Below are positions 38,187 to 47,651 of a stretch of DNA of 64,000 nucleotides, piece by piece; position 1 is the stretch's first letter, and every line of letters begins with the position of its first letter. This DNA is from a virus, in the IMG/VR virus record IMGVR_UViG_3300000568_000014. One strand, written 5' to 3'. The notes beneath the pieces were generated by a model, which was given only the letters and a program-made list of their open reading frames with translations, was not told the origin of the DNA and did no database searches. A program made the position numbers and the translations under genes.

Positions 38187-39037
38187 TGATGGTGGGTCTG
38201 CCATACCATTCTGATTGGGAAATCATGGTTCTCGATCCCAACTTCACCATGGAAAATTTAATGGATGCAATTTTATGTATGGATGGTATGTTTCCCGATT
38301 TTCCACCATACGAAAATTTAACATTTACAATGAAACCATCTCCTACTTTGGGGGTTGATTACAACAAGGGTAGCATTGATGTTGGTTCGTATGGAGTTTA
38401 TGATGGTCCCGTTCCAGTAAGAGATCATACCATAGTAATCGTGAATAGTGACAATGAATTATGTCAGCCAAAACCAATTCCATTTGCATGGGGTTGGAAT
38501 AAAAGGGTAATAGTTCCAACTTCTATTCCTTCTGACGTTGGATTTGGAATATATAAAAACATTCCATATGCAATGGGACAAAAACTCTTTTCGGATATGG
38601 CATTTAGTGGAACGGCGCGTCAGTATCTATACGATTCTGGTAATCCAAATCCAACCTTTGAACAACGTGCATGGGCTTTAATTTACATGATGTGGAGATT
38701 CAATTTCAGAGATTCGGTATTTCCATCTCTCCCACTGCCAGCCCATGTTGAATTGAGCAGCGTAGTAGTAACACCGAGTGCCGGTGATGTTGGGGATGTT
38801 GTAAACATAAAATCTACGTTTACTAACTACGGCGAAATTCCAAGAACTGTAACAAGCTATTATCAAGTAATTGCTCACAATCAATCCTTGGTAAGCCACG
38901 GAGGGATAGAAGATGATATACTCCCTGGAGAGGATTATACTATAGAGAACAATTGGACGATATCAGAAAATGCAAAGAGATACCAGGATATAACTGGAGC
39001 AGATCACATAAGAATCTGTGCCAACATGAACGGTTAA
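38186..39037 (+). CDS. protein with C-terminal CARDB/Ig-like domain
   Basis: VELSSVVVTPS..VGDVVNIKSTFTNYGE..ILPGED..IRICAN. Confidence 0.6.
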   Translation: MMVGLPYHSDWEIMVLDPNFTMENLMDAILCMDGMFPDFPPYENLTFTMKPSPTLGVDYNKGSIDVGSYGVYDGPVPVRDHTIVIVNSDNELCQPKPIPFAWGWNKRVIVPTSIPSDVGFGIYKNIPYAMGQKLFSDMAFSGTARQYLYDSGNPNPTFEQRAWALIYMMWRFNFRDSVFPSLPLPAHVELSSVVVTPSAGDVGDVVNIKSTFTNYGEIPRTVTSYYQVIAHNQSLVSHGGIEDDILPGEDYTIENNWTISENAKRYQDITGADHIRICANMNG

Positions 39038-39086
39038 TTATCGTGAGTATTAAATAATATAGAGTATAATAATCTGATGATCGTTA

Positions 39087-39995
39087 ATGGCTCAAAATAC
39101 GCATGTTCACGTTGGTAAATATCCTGCAACCCTTTGGCTTAACCAACCTACAAAGTTTACATCTGCCACATGTGCCCCTGGTTCTACAGAGTATTTTCAG
39201 TCTGCGATATGGATTGAAAAATCTTACTCTGCTGACGCAACCATTGCAGCAAAACAATGGGAACCGGGAGATGTAATAGTCGCGGGAATATCTTATGATA
39301 GTGGACCCGGAACGTTGGGTCTTTCATATCCTAGTGAAGAAGTAATAAACGTTTCTCCAGATCCAAATTCTGTGTATTGGTTAGCACCAAAACATACCTC
39401 TCATTGGTTTCTTTCACCAGACCCAGATTATTTTGTAGGAGCTTATAAAATAGACGTTCCTCTTACATTTCCTAATGGAAATGTGAGTTTTAGCATATGG
39501 GGAGGTTATATCCCATCAAACCTTCCTATTACTAGTTCGAGTATCGTATGGCAGGACCATCTACAGAGGACGTTTAACGTTTTAAGTTCCGCTAAAAGGT
39601 ATCCTTCGCTAGAGGTTACAAATGTTAGATTTGTTCCGAATCCAACCAGCGTTGGATCAACAAGCTTGTTTAAATGTGATGTAAAAGCTTCCGTTCCCGC
39701 AGAATATAACCCTGTTGTTTTTATGGGAACCGATCTTGACCATATAAACGGAACTTTAAATGAACCATCGGCATCATCGATTCGACATCTTCCTGGATCT
39801 GTTTGGTATAATAACGGGGGTGGTGGACTCGGTTGCCACTACTATGATTACCCATTACCCCCTCCCTATGGTTGCAATGGTCAGGATACGTGGACTGAGA
39901 TTTATGGTTATTATATTAATGGGAGAAACGAAACTAAAGACGACGAGGTTTATTGTTGCCTTCATTGCTTCTATATGCCGGGATTTAGTGAATAA
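39087..39995 (+). CDS. Cys-containing beta-rich protein, paralog 1
   Basis: Paralog of 40094 (ATIAAKQWEPGDVI identical). Confidence 0.65.
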   Translation: MAQNTHVHVGKYPATLWLNQPTKFTSATCAPGSTEYFQSAIWIEKSYSADATIAAKQWEPGDVIVAGISYDSGPGTLGLSYPSEEVINVSPDPNSVYWLAPKHTSHWFLSPDPDYFVGAYKIDVPLTFPNGNVSFSIWGGYIPSNLPITSSSIVWQDHLQRTFNVLSSAKRYPSLEVTNVRFVPNPTSVGSTSLFKCDVKASVPAEYNPVVFMGTDLDHINGTLNEPSASSIRHLPGSVWYNNGGGGLGCHYYDYPLPPPYGCNGQDTWTEIYGYYINGRNETKDDEVYCCLHCFYMPGFSE

Positions 39996-40093
39996 ATTTA
40001 AATATATTTTGAGAACCACCAATCGGTTTATTTAAATTAATATGCATAGGAAAATATAAGACTACATCTTGCATAATACTGTGATGAACTTGA

Positions 40094-40990
40094 ATGGCTC
40101 AAAATACGCATGTTTATGTTGGTCCTACTAGTGATTTAAACTATGAAACAAAATTGTCTGGCTCTACATGCGCTCCTGGTTCTACTCAATATATGCATGG
40201 AGTGGTTAATTTCGCAAATTCTGGTACTCCATACGCAACCATTGCAGCAAAACAATGGGAACCGGGAGATGTAATAACATCTGGGATATCTTACGATTAT
40301 GGTCCCGGCTCTCTATATTTATCATATCCGGGTCAAGGAGGGTTGTTTGTATCTCCAGATCCGAATAAAATATATTGGTTAGCTCCTGAATATAATTCGC
40401 TATGGCATCTAAGCTGGTATTTTGCATACTTTGGGGCTCTTCACCAAATTGACATTCCATACGAATTCCCAAATGGCGACGTAACCGTTAGTAGGTGGGT
40501 AGGGTATGTTCCCGCTGATTCTCCGTTGAATGCATTGAGCGTTGTATGGCAAGATTCTAAATCGTTGACATTTGAGGTTTCTTCCACATCAGAAATGCTT
40601 CCAAAGGTAACTATGTCAAACATAAGATGGGAACCAAATCCGATATATTCAGGAGGAGTTAGTTATCTTAAAGCAGACTTACATTCAAACATACCTTCAA
40701 ATTTTACTCCATATATGTTTATGGGCAAGATGGTCGAAGAAGTAAACCAATCACAGGAACTATCATTTCGTTCCACCCGTCATCCAGCCAACGCGGTGTG
40801 GTGGAAGTGGGGAGGAGGAGGTCATCATTGTCTTGAATATCCACACGCTGGACCTCCTGGTGGTTGTAATGGAGAAGAAACATGGATGAATTTTTATGGA
40901 GCTGGGTATCATGGGAGATATCCTCTTGAAGGAGAAAGTGGTGAGTTTATGAACTGTTTATGCTGCTTTAATATGCCATATGGAATTTGA
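40094..40990 (+). CDS. Cys-containing beta-rich protein, paralog 2
   Basis: Paralog of 39087. Confidence 0.65.
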   Translation: MAQNTHVYVGPTSDLNYETKLSGSTCAPGSTQYMHGVVNFANSGTPYATIAAKQWEPGDVITSGISYDYGPGSLYLSYPGQGGLFVSPDPNKIYWLAPEYNSLWHLSWYFAYFGALHQIDIPYEFPNGDVTVSRWVGYVPADSPLNALSVVWQDSKSLTFEVSSTSEMLPKVTMSNIRWEPNPIYSGGVSYLKADLHSNIPSNFTPYMFMGKMVEEVNQSQELSFRSTRHPANAVWWKWGGGGHHCLEYPHAGPPGGCNGEETWMNFYGAGYHGRYPLEGESGEFMNCLCCFNMPYGI

Positions 40991-41213
40991 TATGGAGTTG
41001 AATCCATAACATGCCCAAAAGAAAGAATCATTGGGATATAGGTCTCCCAAATAAAATAATTTACAAAAGAGAGAGTCCAAAGGATTGGAAAATATCAAAA
41101 GTCAATGAAAAAGAACTTGATGATTGGTTGCATAATAAGATAAGAATGAGTAAATAGCGATCCTTTATAGGATACTTATATATTTTGAAAAAATATATAA
41201 AATACTGATAGTC

Positions 41214-41966
41214 ATGACTAGACGCGCAGTAAAAGATAAAACGTATGCTGCTAAGGGTGATATTTTCGTTGGAACCGCCGATGACACTGCAACCCGCCTT
41301 GGAGTTGGAACGGATGGTTTTAACCTTACAGCCGATAGTAGTGCTCCCACGGGAGTTGTATGGAAGGCAGGAGTATCCGCGCTTGATTGGCAAGAGAGCG
41401 TTATTGATAAGGACTTGCTTGCTGCCCCAGTAGCGATTGCAGGGGATAGATATATAGTCGGTTCTCCAATTCCCGGTGGAGATCCGTGGGCGGGTCATGA
41501 ATATGACATTGCCGAGTATGATGGTACTGGATGGGATTTCTTAACGCCTGATAACGGAACCGCTTGTTATGTAGAGGATGAAGCTGCTTTCTATGTATGG
41601 ACAGGAACCGCTTGGTTGCAGATGTGGGCAAAGGAAACCATTGCTCTAATTGCTGCCGCAGGACCAACAGCGATGGTTTCTAACCATGGTTATGTTGCAA
41701 ACAACGCGGGAGCTACTGTTAGGCTTACACTTCCTGCTGCTTCTCTTGTTGGCGATTATCTGCTTGTGGTTGGAAGAGGAGCAGGTGGGTGGACAGCGGA
41801 GGCTGGAGCAGGTCAGACCATTTACATGGAAGATCTTGCAACAACGACCGGAGTTGGTGGATATATAGGAAGTACGTTGACGCGGGATGTCGTGAAATTA
41901 ATCTGTGTGACAGACAATCTCGATTGGTCTGTTGTCTATTCGGAAGGAGAAATCCAGGTGGTGTGA
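41214..41966 (+). CDS. DUF2793-like fibre protein
   Basis: AKGDIFVGTADDTATRLGVG fibre motif; DWQESVID..GDRYIV..WAGHE..IAEYDG; LTLPA..GDYL C-terminal domain. Confidence 0.7.
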   Translation: MTRRAVKDKTYAAKGDIFVGTADDTATRLGVGTDGFNLTADSSAPTGVVWKAGVSALDWQESVIDKDLLAAPVAIAGDRYIVGSPIPGGDPWAGHEYDIAEYDGTGWDFLTPDNGTACYVEDEAAFYVWTGTAWLQMWAKETIALIAAAGPTAMVSNHGYVANNAGATVRLTLPAASLVGDYLLVVGRGAGGWTAEAGAGQTIYMEDLATTTGVGGYIGSTLTRDVVKLICVTDNLDWSVVYSEGEIQVV

Positions 41967-41969
41967 GAA

Positions 41970-42746
41970 ATGGCAAACTATCGTTCAGCAGCAGGGTGGA
42001 GACCCTATTATGTAGATGCTCTCGCGCATAATCTCAATATACTTGGGGATGTGAGACTCTTGCTACCGCTTATAGAACAAACAGGCACCAATATTGGCGA
42101 TGTTTCTAGGAGAAACCACGACCTTACTGCAGTTTTAAATTTATCTGCGTTTGACCACACTGGTGGGCGAGCTCTTAGGTATATTACATTTGATGGAGCA
42201 ACCCTCTTTGCAAATGTTGCCGATCACGCCGATTTCTCTTTCAATGGTGGTGGAGACGTTGCTTTTAGCGTTATGGCTATGGTAAACCAAGCCGCCGCAG
42301 AAACTGGAACTATTCTCTCCAAATGGGATGTTACTGCCGCCGCAGAGGATAGGGAATGGAATTTCGACATGCTTGCTGGCGTTCCAAGACTTACTTTGTA
42401 TGATGAAACCAATAACAACACGTTTAATACTGTAACGAACGCTGCCCTTGCAGCAGATATTTGGCACCTTGTTGTTTTCACATACGATGGCTCTGCTGAT
42501 GTAACAGGAATAACTCCCTACGTAGACGGTCTTGAAGTCGCACATACAGATACTCCAGACGCCGGTGCATATGCTAGCATGACCGCCGGTTTAACTGGAG
42601 TTTGGCTTGGAGCACATGTAGACACTGCTGCTGCTGCAAACATATATACTGGAAGCCTTGCGTGGGTTGGTCTTACTGCAAAGGAACTCACAGATAATGA
42701 GGTTTGGACTATTTGGAGCAGAATGAGTGCAATTGCGGGTCTGTAA
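41970..42746 (+). CDS. LamG/concanavalin-like domain protein
   Basis: WHLVVFTYDGS..YVDG. Confidence 0.75.
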   Translation: MANYRSAAGWRPYYVDALAHNLNILGDVRLLLPLIEQTGTNIGDVSRRNHDLTAVLNLSAFDHTGGRALRYITFDGATLFANVADHADFSFNGGGDVAFSVMAMVNQAAAETGTILSKWDVTAAAEDREWNFDMLAGVPRLTLYDETNNNTFNTVTNAALAADIWHLVVFTYDGSADVTGITPYVDGLEVAHTDTPDAGAYASMTAGLTGVWLGAHVDTAAAANIYTGSLAWVGLTAKELTDNEVWTIWSRMSAIAGL

Positions 42747-42772
42747 TTCGGTTAATTGCTATTAATGGAAAA
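42746..42772. repeat. dif-like site 6 (ATTCGGTTAA-TTGCTA-TTAATGGAAAA)
   Basis: Overlaps the TAA stop; more degenerate than the others. Confidence 0.65.
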
Positions 42773-42985
42773 CCCAAATTATTTTAAAAATAAACATCCA
42801 ATACGTTTTAATGTCAGATTCAATAAGCAAAGATAAGATAATAAATTTTTTTATTGCAGCCTCTATTGGATATGTATCTCTCAAAGATATGGAAAACCAC
42901 GAAAGGTGTATTAAGATAATTGAAATGCTTAACTCAGATACTTTCGATTTTAATGATTAACCTTATTTAGTTATAACTCAAATGT

Positions 42986-43732
42986 GTGTGTATGTCAATG
43001 GTTAGTAGCTTCCTGACAAGGCGAAGGTATACCATCCCTGCGATTTTCGTAGCAATTATGTTAGTTGTGGGAGTTGTACCCGCCGCGTCGGTAGATAACA
43101 CTCATTATGAGGCTGTTGTGCAGTCGTCGCAATTCCTCGGAAGTAGCACTTCCGTTGTACTCTCGTCGTTAGGAGAACATTACAACACACACTCTTACCA
43201 GGAAGGCACGTTCATGTCAGGAGGGGTCGGTGCTTTCTACAACAATGTTACAGTATTATCTCCAAATGTAGGAGCGGAGAACACTCGGGTTGGTACTGAA
43301 AAATCTGTGCTAATGGAGAGGGGTCGCGTTTCAACCGGGGAATCCATGTACATGAACATGATTGGAAAGGTCAATGCCGGTGGGGAGGATGAACAGATAG
43401 TTTGCAGAGATGTGATGTTTGAGAACTCCTTCTTGGCAAGTTCGTTGCAACTCGGATCTGTAATCAATTCGAACTCTGGATTTGTTGACAATCCCTACAT
43501 GAATGCAGAAATTGAATCGGTAGGATATGGAATGGGTTCAATTACCTCTGGATATAAGACAATCGCGGGTATTGGAAACACAACGTCCGTTGGTTCAATC
43601 TCTGGAGCAATGCATAAGGTAACATTTGGTGGGGAGTTTGGAACTAAAGTCACTTTCAATTGGGACGCGATTTCAAGGGTTCCTCAGGGAATCAGCATAC
43701 CCGATGCTCCGAACATCTGTCCTCTTCATTAA
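42986..43732 (+). CDS. secreted protein with signal peptide
   Basis: RRRYTIPAIFVAIMLVVGVVPAAS signal peptide; Ser/Gly-rich beta body. Confidence 0.6.
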   Translation: MCMSMVSSFLTRRRYTIPAIFVAIMLVVGVVPAASVDNTHYEAVVQSSQFLGSSTSVVLSSLGEHYNTHSYQEGTFMSGGVGAFYNNVTVLSPNVGAENTRVGTEKSVLMERGRVSTGESMYMNMIGKVNAGGEDEQIVCRDVMFENSFLASSLQLGSVINSNSGFVDNPYMNAEIESVGYGMGSITSGYKTIAGIGNTTSVGSISGAMHKVTFGGEFGTKVTFNWDAISRVPQGISIPDAPNICPLH

Positions 43733-43734
43733 AA

Positions 43735-44127
43735 CTATTTTTTCTTAGTAAAGTTCCAAACGGGAACCTTTTCAATTCCAAGAATTTTACATGCAACTAT
43801 TCTGTGCCTTCCTTCTTGGAAGTCCATCAATTCTCCTTCTTCGGAGTATAATAATGCAAAAGAGTAGAAAGTATTTCCACCCATCATTTGACATAATATT
43901 TTCCCAATATTTTCAGGCTCGATATTGCCCCAGAATAGTTCAATTGCATTTTGAGTATACTTTCTATCGGCATCGAACATCGATACCTGTAATTCATAGA
44001 ATTTCTCCGATGGTAACCACTCAAAACGCATGTTATACAATGAATTATGATCATCAAATTCGGGTATCCCAACATTAGAAAGATCCCACGAAATCTTTCC
44101 GTCAAAAAAGATTGTTGTATATTTCAT
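43735..44127 (-). CDS. hypothetical protein
   Basis: 130-aa ORF; EGRHR motif hints at a ParB-like fragment. Confidence 0.45.
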   Translation of the reverse strand: MKYTTIFFDGKISWDLSNVGIPEFDDHNSLYNMRFEWLPSEKFYELQVSMFDADRKYTQNAIELFWGNIEPENIGKILCQMMGGNTFYSFALLYSEEGELMDFQEGRHRIVACKILGIEKVPVWNFTKKK

Positions 44128-44132
44128 GGAGA

Positions 44133-45314
44133 TTATTTCTTGGTCTTTGGCTTGTATTTATCCTTATCGGACATTATCATTATTCCCCCAAGCAGACCAA
44201 CCCCTGCCACCCCAAGTAATAGGAATGGATTTAATGGTGTTGGTTCTGGTTCCTCTCCTTCCTCAACAAGGTTTGCCGTAACAGTTGTTACCACACCTGC
44301 TGTAACAGTGATGGTTGTGTTGTAGTCCTGATATCCTGTAAGTCTCACCAGTATGGAGTGTTGACCAACCTCTACATTCTCAATGCTTATCGGTGTAACT
44401 CCCCGATAGGTGCTGTCCATATATACCTGTGCTCCATTCGGGTTGGAATTTACGTTAACGATTCCTCCGGTTAAAGTTCCTACGACAAGAGTATCACACT
44501 TCTCTTGCGGAGGAATGTCATAATATCCCTCTTTAATCCTGGCGCAGAAAGTGAAAGTACCCGCCTGTCTCTCGGTGAGATCTACATCTCCACTCATCGT
44601 ATGCCCAGCGGGAACTTCTGGTGCGGCTTGTGATTCTCCTACAAGGGTTCCGTTCTTCTTAATCTGAAGTATCCACCCTCCGGGTGCGGTCTCGGTTCCC
44701 GTATTAACAATCAATGCCGTCAGGTGGGCGGTTTCGCCAACGTTGACTTGCTCCGGGGAGACTGTTACCGAGCGAAGTTCAAGATAGAAATCTCCAGTCG
44801 GGAAATCTCCTACAACAATGGTGTCGCACTTGGATTGTGGAAGGGTATCGTAATAACCCGCCTTGATACGCGCACAAATCGTTGCTTCTCCCGCAGAAGT
44901 TGATTGAAGAGATCCATTAAAATTATAGTACTGTCCAGCCGGAATCAACGGAAGCGCGGGTGTTTCCCCTATGACTGATCCGTTTGCTAATATCTCAACG
45001 ATACAGCCAGCGGGTGCATCGGCGTTGCCCGTGTTCTGAAGCGATACCGTAAGGGTTGTAATTCCTCCAACGGGAATTTGTTTCGGATTCAGGGTTGCCG
45101 ATAGCAAAACTACGTTGAATGTATCTCCTCCACCTCCGTTGCCGCCGGAGCCTATGACTAACGTATCACAATTCGCATCAAAAGATGCGGATTGAAACGA
45201 GGTCGATGACCTACATTTGGGGCATCCAAGCGAAGAGGGGGTATAAACCGAACCGTTACTGTTGAGTTTAAGTTCTACCCTCTCTGTAATCCCGAAATTA
45301 GAAGGCATATCCAT
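44133..45314 (-). CDS. 2x CARDB plus PEGA surface protein with C-terminal TM
   Basis: Two Ig repeats ending CARIKxGYYD..KCDTxVVG; VNSNPNGAQVYMDSTYRGVTP PEGA; TM and basic tail. Confidence 0.8.
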   Translation of the reverse strand: MDMPSNFGITERVELKLNSNGSVYTPSSLGCPKCRSSTSFQSASFDANCDTLVIGSGGNGGGGDTFNVVLLSATLNPKQIPVGGITTLTVSLQNTGNADAPAGCIVEILANGSVIGETPALPLIPAGQYYNFNGSLQSTSAGEATICARIKAGYYDTLPQSKCDTIVVGDFPTGDFYLELRSVTVSPEQVNVGETAHLTALIVNTGTETAPGGWILQIKKNGTLVGESQAAPEVPAGHTMSGDVDLTERQAGTFTFCARIKEGYYDIPPQEKCDTLVVGTLTGGIVNVNSNPNGAQVYMDSTYRGVTPISIENVEVGQHSILVRLTGYQDYNTTITVTAGVVTTVTANLVEEGEEPEPTPLNPFLLLGVAGVGLLGGIMIMSDKDKYKPKTKK

Positions 45315-45420
45315 GGTTAACTATTAGCTTTTAAATATAAAAATCGTTCCTCAAAAAACTTTAAATACTTGGCTTGACAAACACTCTATCACATTCACAC
45401 AAAACAATAGAGAAAAAATA

Positions 45421-45609
45421 ATGACGACAGAGAACAGAATTACAGAACATATGAGCATTTCAAATGCCTCGAACTACATCAAAGGACTTTGTATGATTTC
45501 CATGAAGTGCTTCGATGAAGACTTTGTTAACGATGCTGAGACTTGGGAAGCTTACAATCGAGAAGAAGATATAATGTATCCTATAGTAGAAGATGAGATC
45601 GAACTATGA
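45421..45609 (+). CDS. hypothetical protein
   Basis: Follows BRE/TATA AAAAACTTTAAATA (~45354). Confidence 0.5.
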   Translation: MTTENRITEHMSISNASNYIKGLCMISMKCFDEDFVNDAETWEAYNREEDIMYPIVEDEIEL

Positions 45610-45845
45610 TGAGTAAAGAAGAGAAATTAAATGATATTAAGAATTACGGTGTATCCGCGCAGGGAAGAAAGGAATACAACAAAATACTGAAGGGAGAACA
45701 TGCATCATATAAGGAACGATGTCTCGCCATGTGCTACGAGTGCATGGGTTACTATGCAGATGGTAGGGAATCCTGTACAGATGAGACATGTCCGCTTTTT
45801 ATGGTAATGCCTTTCAGGAAGTGTTCTAAGGGGGAAACTAAGTGA
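45606..45845 (+). CDS. small Cys-rich protein
   Basis: CYECMG..SCTDETCPLF motif. Confidence 0.55.
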   Translation: MMSKEEKLNDIKNYGVSAQGRKEYNKILKGEHASYKERCLAMCYECMGYYADGRESCTDETCPLFMVMPFRKCSKGETK

Positions 45846-46030
45846 AAGTCAAAAGATGCAAAGAATGTGATTTTTTCGTATCGCAGAACGAGAATAGAGA
45901 GCAATCCTTTGGAGAATGCGTTTGCAATCCACCTGTAATTGTGCAGGATGGGAAAAAATGTGCGTTTCCAGTGGTTTTCAGCGAGCAGAGATGTGGAAAG
46001 GGAGTTCCAAAAGGAGTAACTGGAAGATGA
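45842..46030 (+). CDS. small Cys-rich protein
   Basis: CKECDFF..GECVCNPP..FPVV..CG. Confidence 0.5.
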   Translation: MKVKRCKECDFFVSQNENREQSFGECVCNPPVIVQDGKKCAFPVVFSEQRCGKGVPKGVTGR

Positions 46031-46180
46031 ATAACCTTTATGGACGTTTAGAGTCTTGTCGTATTCTCACTGCTGGGAGAAGGATAGATCTTATTGGAGA
46101 CGAGCATGGAAATCTCACCGTTGAGGAAGGTGGAGTAATTTTATGGCAGCAAACGGTGTGGACTCCGGGTGTAGATGAAA

Positions 46181-46207
46181 ATTCTGTTAATGGCAGTTAA
46201 CAGAAAA
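46181..46207. repeat. dif-like site 7 (ATTCTGTTAA-TGGCAG-TTAACAGAAAA)
   Basis: Supplies the last codons and the stop of the upstream ORF. Confidence 0.85.
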
Positions 46208-46219
46208 CGAGACGATTAA

Positions 46220-46483
46220 ATGAAATCCTTTGTTTACGATATGGATGAAATAGACTATAGCACAGTTAAACTTACCCGAAAGATTGCATTTAAAATGCAA
46301 TGTATCCCAATAAAAGAAGATGCGTGTGATTATTTAGAAGCAATTGTGTCCGTTAAAACTGGGGAAATAAGATATAGATGTTCTTGGTGCGAAGGAGGGG
46401 GAATGAGAACATGCAATTACAAAGAAAAACTAGAAAAATGTATGTTTGACAAATACGGAAATGAAAAGGAGATAAAATCATGA
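46220..46483 (+). CDS. hypothetical protein
   Basis: 87-aa ORF between sites 7 and 8. Confidence 0.5.
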   Translation: MKSFVYDMDEIDYSTVKLTRKIAFKMQCIPIKEDACDYLEAIVSVKTGEIRYRCSWCEGGGMRTCNYKEKLEKCMFDKYGNEKEIKS

Positions 46484-46782
46484 AACTTGATTCAGAATTT
46501 GATGAAACCGTGTATTTGTGTGCATTTCGTTATGCTTTACCAAGGCACACATATATGCCTTCTCTTATGAGAGATAAACTTGATGAAGTTTGGGATCAAC
46601 TTCCAGAACACGCTAAAGACATAATTCTCCGTGAGATAGTTGAACACAAAGAATTTCTTGAGAGGATGTACAGCGTAAGACAGGAAGAATGGACATTTAG
46701 CGAAAAATACGACCTTAGCGAATGGTTGGAATGGAGAAAGAAAAAATTATTCGAGATGGGGATTACTGATAAGTCTGAATAA
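46480..46782 (+). CDS. hypothetical phage-type protein
   Basis: CAFRYALPRHTYMPS motif. Confidence 0.55.
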   Translation: MKLDSEFDETVYLCAFRYALPRHTYMPSLMRDKLDEVWDQLPEHAKDIILREIVEHKEFLERMYSVRQEEWTFSEKYDLSEWLEWRKKKLFEMGITDKSE

Positions 46783-46809
46783 TTTTCTGTTAATTCCCTT
46801 TAACAGAAA
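46783..46809. repeat. dif-like site 8 (TTTTCTGTTAA-TTCCCT-TTAACAGAAA)
   Basis: Directly after the stop codon. Confidence 0.85.
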
Positions 46810-46847
46810 GTATATAAATTTATATTAAAAGCATTATAGTATATAGT

Positions 46848-47273
46848 ATGACCTTCGATCTAAGTATTGTTTCTACAAAGTGCGAACCCGACACTATATC
46901 TTGCCCTGGAAATTGTAAAATTTCAGCCACTATAAGAAATAGTGGAACCACAAGTTCTCCTTCTGATGGTATTCGCATAGATATACGCAAGTCTGTTTTA
47001 CAACCCACTTCATATGATATTCCCTCCATTGGAGCCGGACAAGAGATTACCATTGAAGTGGATATTCCAATATATCAATCAGATCTAGACCTTTTCTCGG
47101 AGCCAGGAACAAACCTTCCAATCCTTTTCTATCTCTACTATGGTGATGCTATGATAGATCAATCTACTAATCAGATTTACAGGGGTCAACCTTCTATTTG
47201 CATAAACCCATTGATGATAATTGGAGTAGGAATTGTTGGAGGATTTATTATTTACAAATTTTTAAAGAAATAA
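46848..47273 (+). CDS. CARDB/Ig-like protein with C-terminal TM
   Basis: DLSIVS..ATIRNSG..IPSIGAGQEITI; TM and KK. Confidence 0.7.
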   Translation: MTFDLSIVSTKCEPDTISCPGNCKISATIRNSGTTSSPSDGIRIDIRKSVLQPTSYDIPSIGAGQEITIEVDIPIYQSDLDLFSEPGTNLPILFYLYYGDAMIDQSTNQIYRGQPSICINPLMIIGVGIVGGFIIYKFLKK

Positions 47274-47319
47274 AAGGGATGTTTCCCAAATAGAAACAAA
47301 TTGTTTCTGAATAGGAAAC

Positions 47320-47346
47320 TTTCAGATAAAGGGAGTTAACAGAAAA
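47320..47346. repeat. dif-like site 9 (TTTCAGATAA-AGGGAG-TTAACAGAAAA)
   Basis: Variant left arm, conserved right arm. Confidence 0.7.
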
Positions 47347-47360
47347 TCGGAGGAAATAAA

Positions 47361-47546
47361 ATGGACATGGAATGGCCCGACGATGGATGGACGGATTATC
47401 TCCACTATGGGAAAATATTGTCCGATGATGAAAGAGAGTTCTTGAGCGTTATTTTTTGCAAAAGACTGAAAGGAGAAATAACAGATGAAGAAGCATCTAA
47501 TTTACGAAAGGAAAGAGGGCTTTTATTAAGGGGAGAACGTGTTTAG
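47361..47546 (+). CDS. hypothetical protein
   Basis: GGAGG RBS; lies between sites 9 and 10. Confidence 0.5.
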   Translation: MDMEWPDDGWTDYLHYGKILSDDEREFLSVIFCKRLKGEITDEEASNLRKERGLLLRGERV

Positions 47547-47651
47547 TTTCCCAAATAGAAACAATTTGTTTCTGAATAGGAAACAGAGATTTCCCTACTT
47601 TGGTACACCAAAGATAACATTTTTTGTTAACTTTGGTGTACATAAAGTGGA

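Larger units (their letters stand above)
47281..47584. repeat. 39-bp direct repeat pair (47281-47319, 47546-47584) flanking a 61-aa ORF
   Basis: GTTTCCCAAATAGAAACAA(A/T)TTGTTTCTGAATAGGAAAC, one mismatch between copies. Confidence 0.85.

Noticed and set aside
32530..42746. Diversity-generating retroelement acting on the adhesins
   Set aside because: No reverse transcriptase in the window, and I saw no TR/VR pair differing only at adenines
47281..47584. Mini-CRISPR array (repeats start GTTTC and end GAAAC)
   Set aside because: Only two copies, separated by ~226 bp containing an ORF, far longer than a spacer; no cas genes
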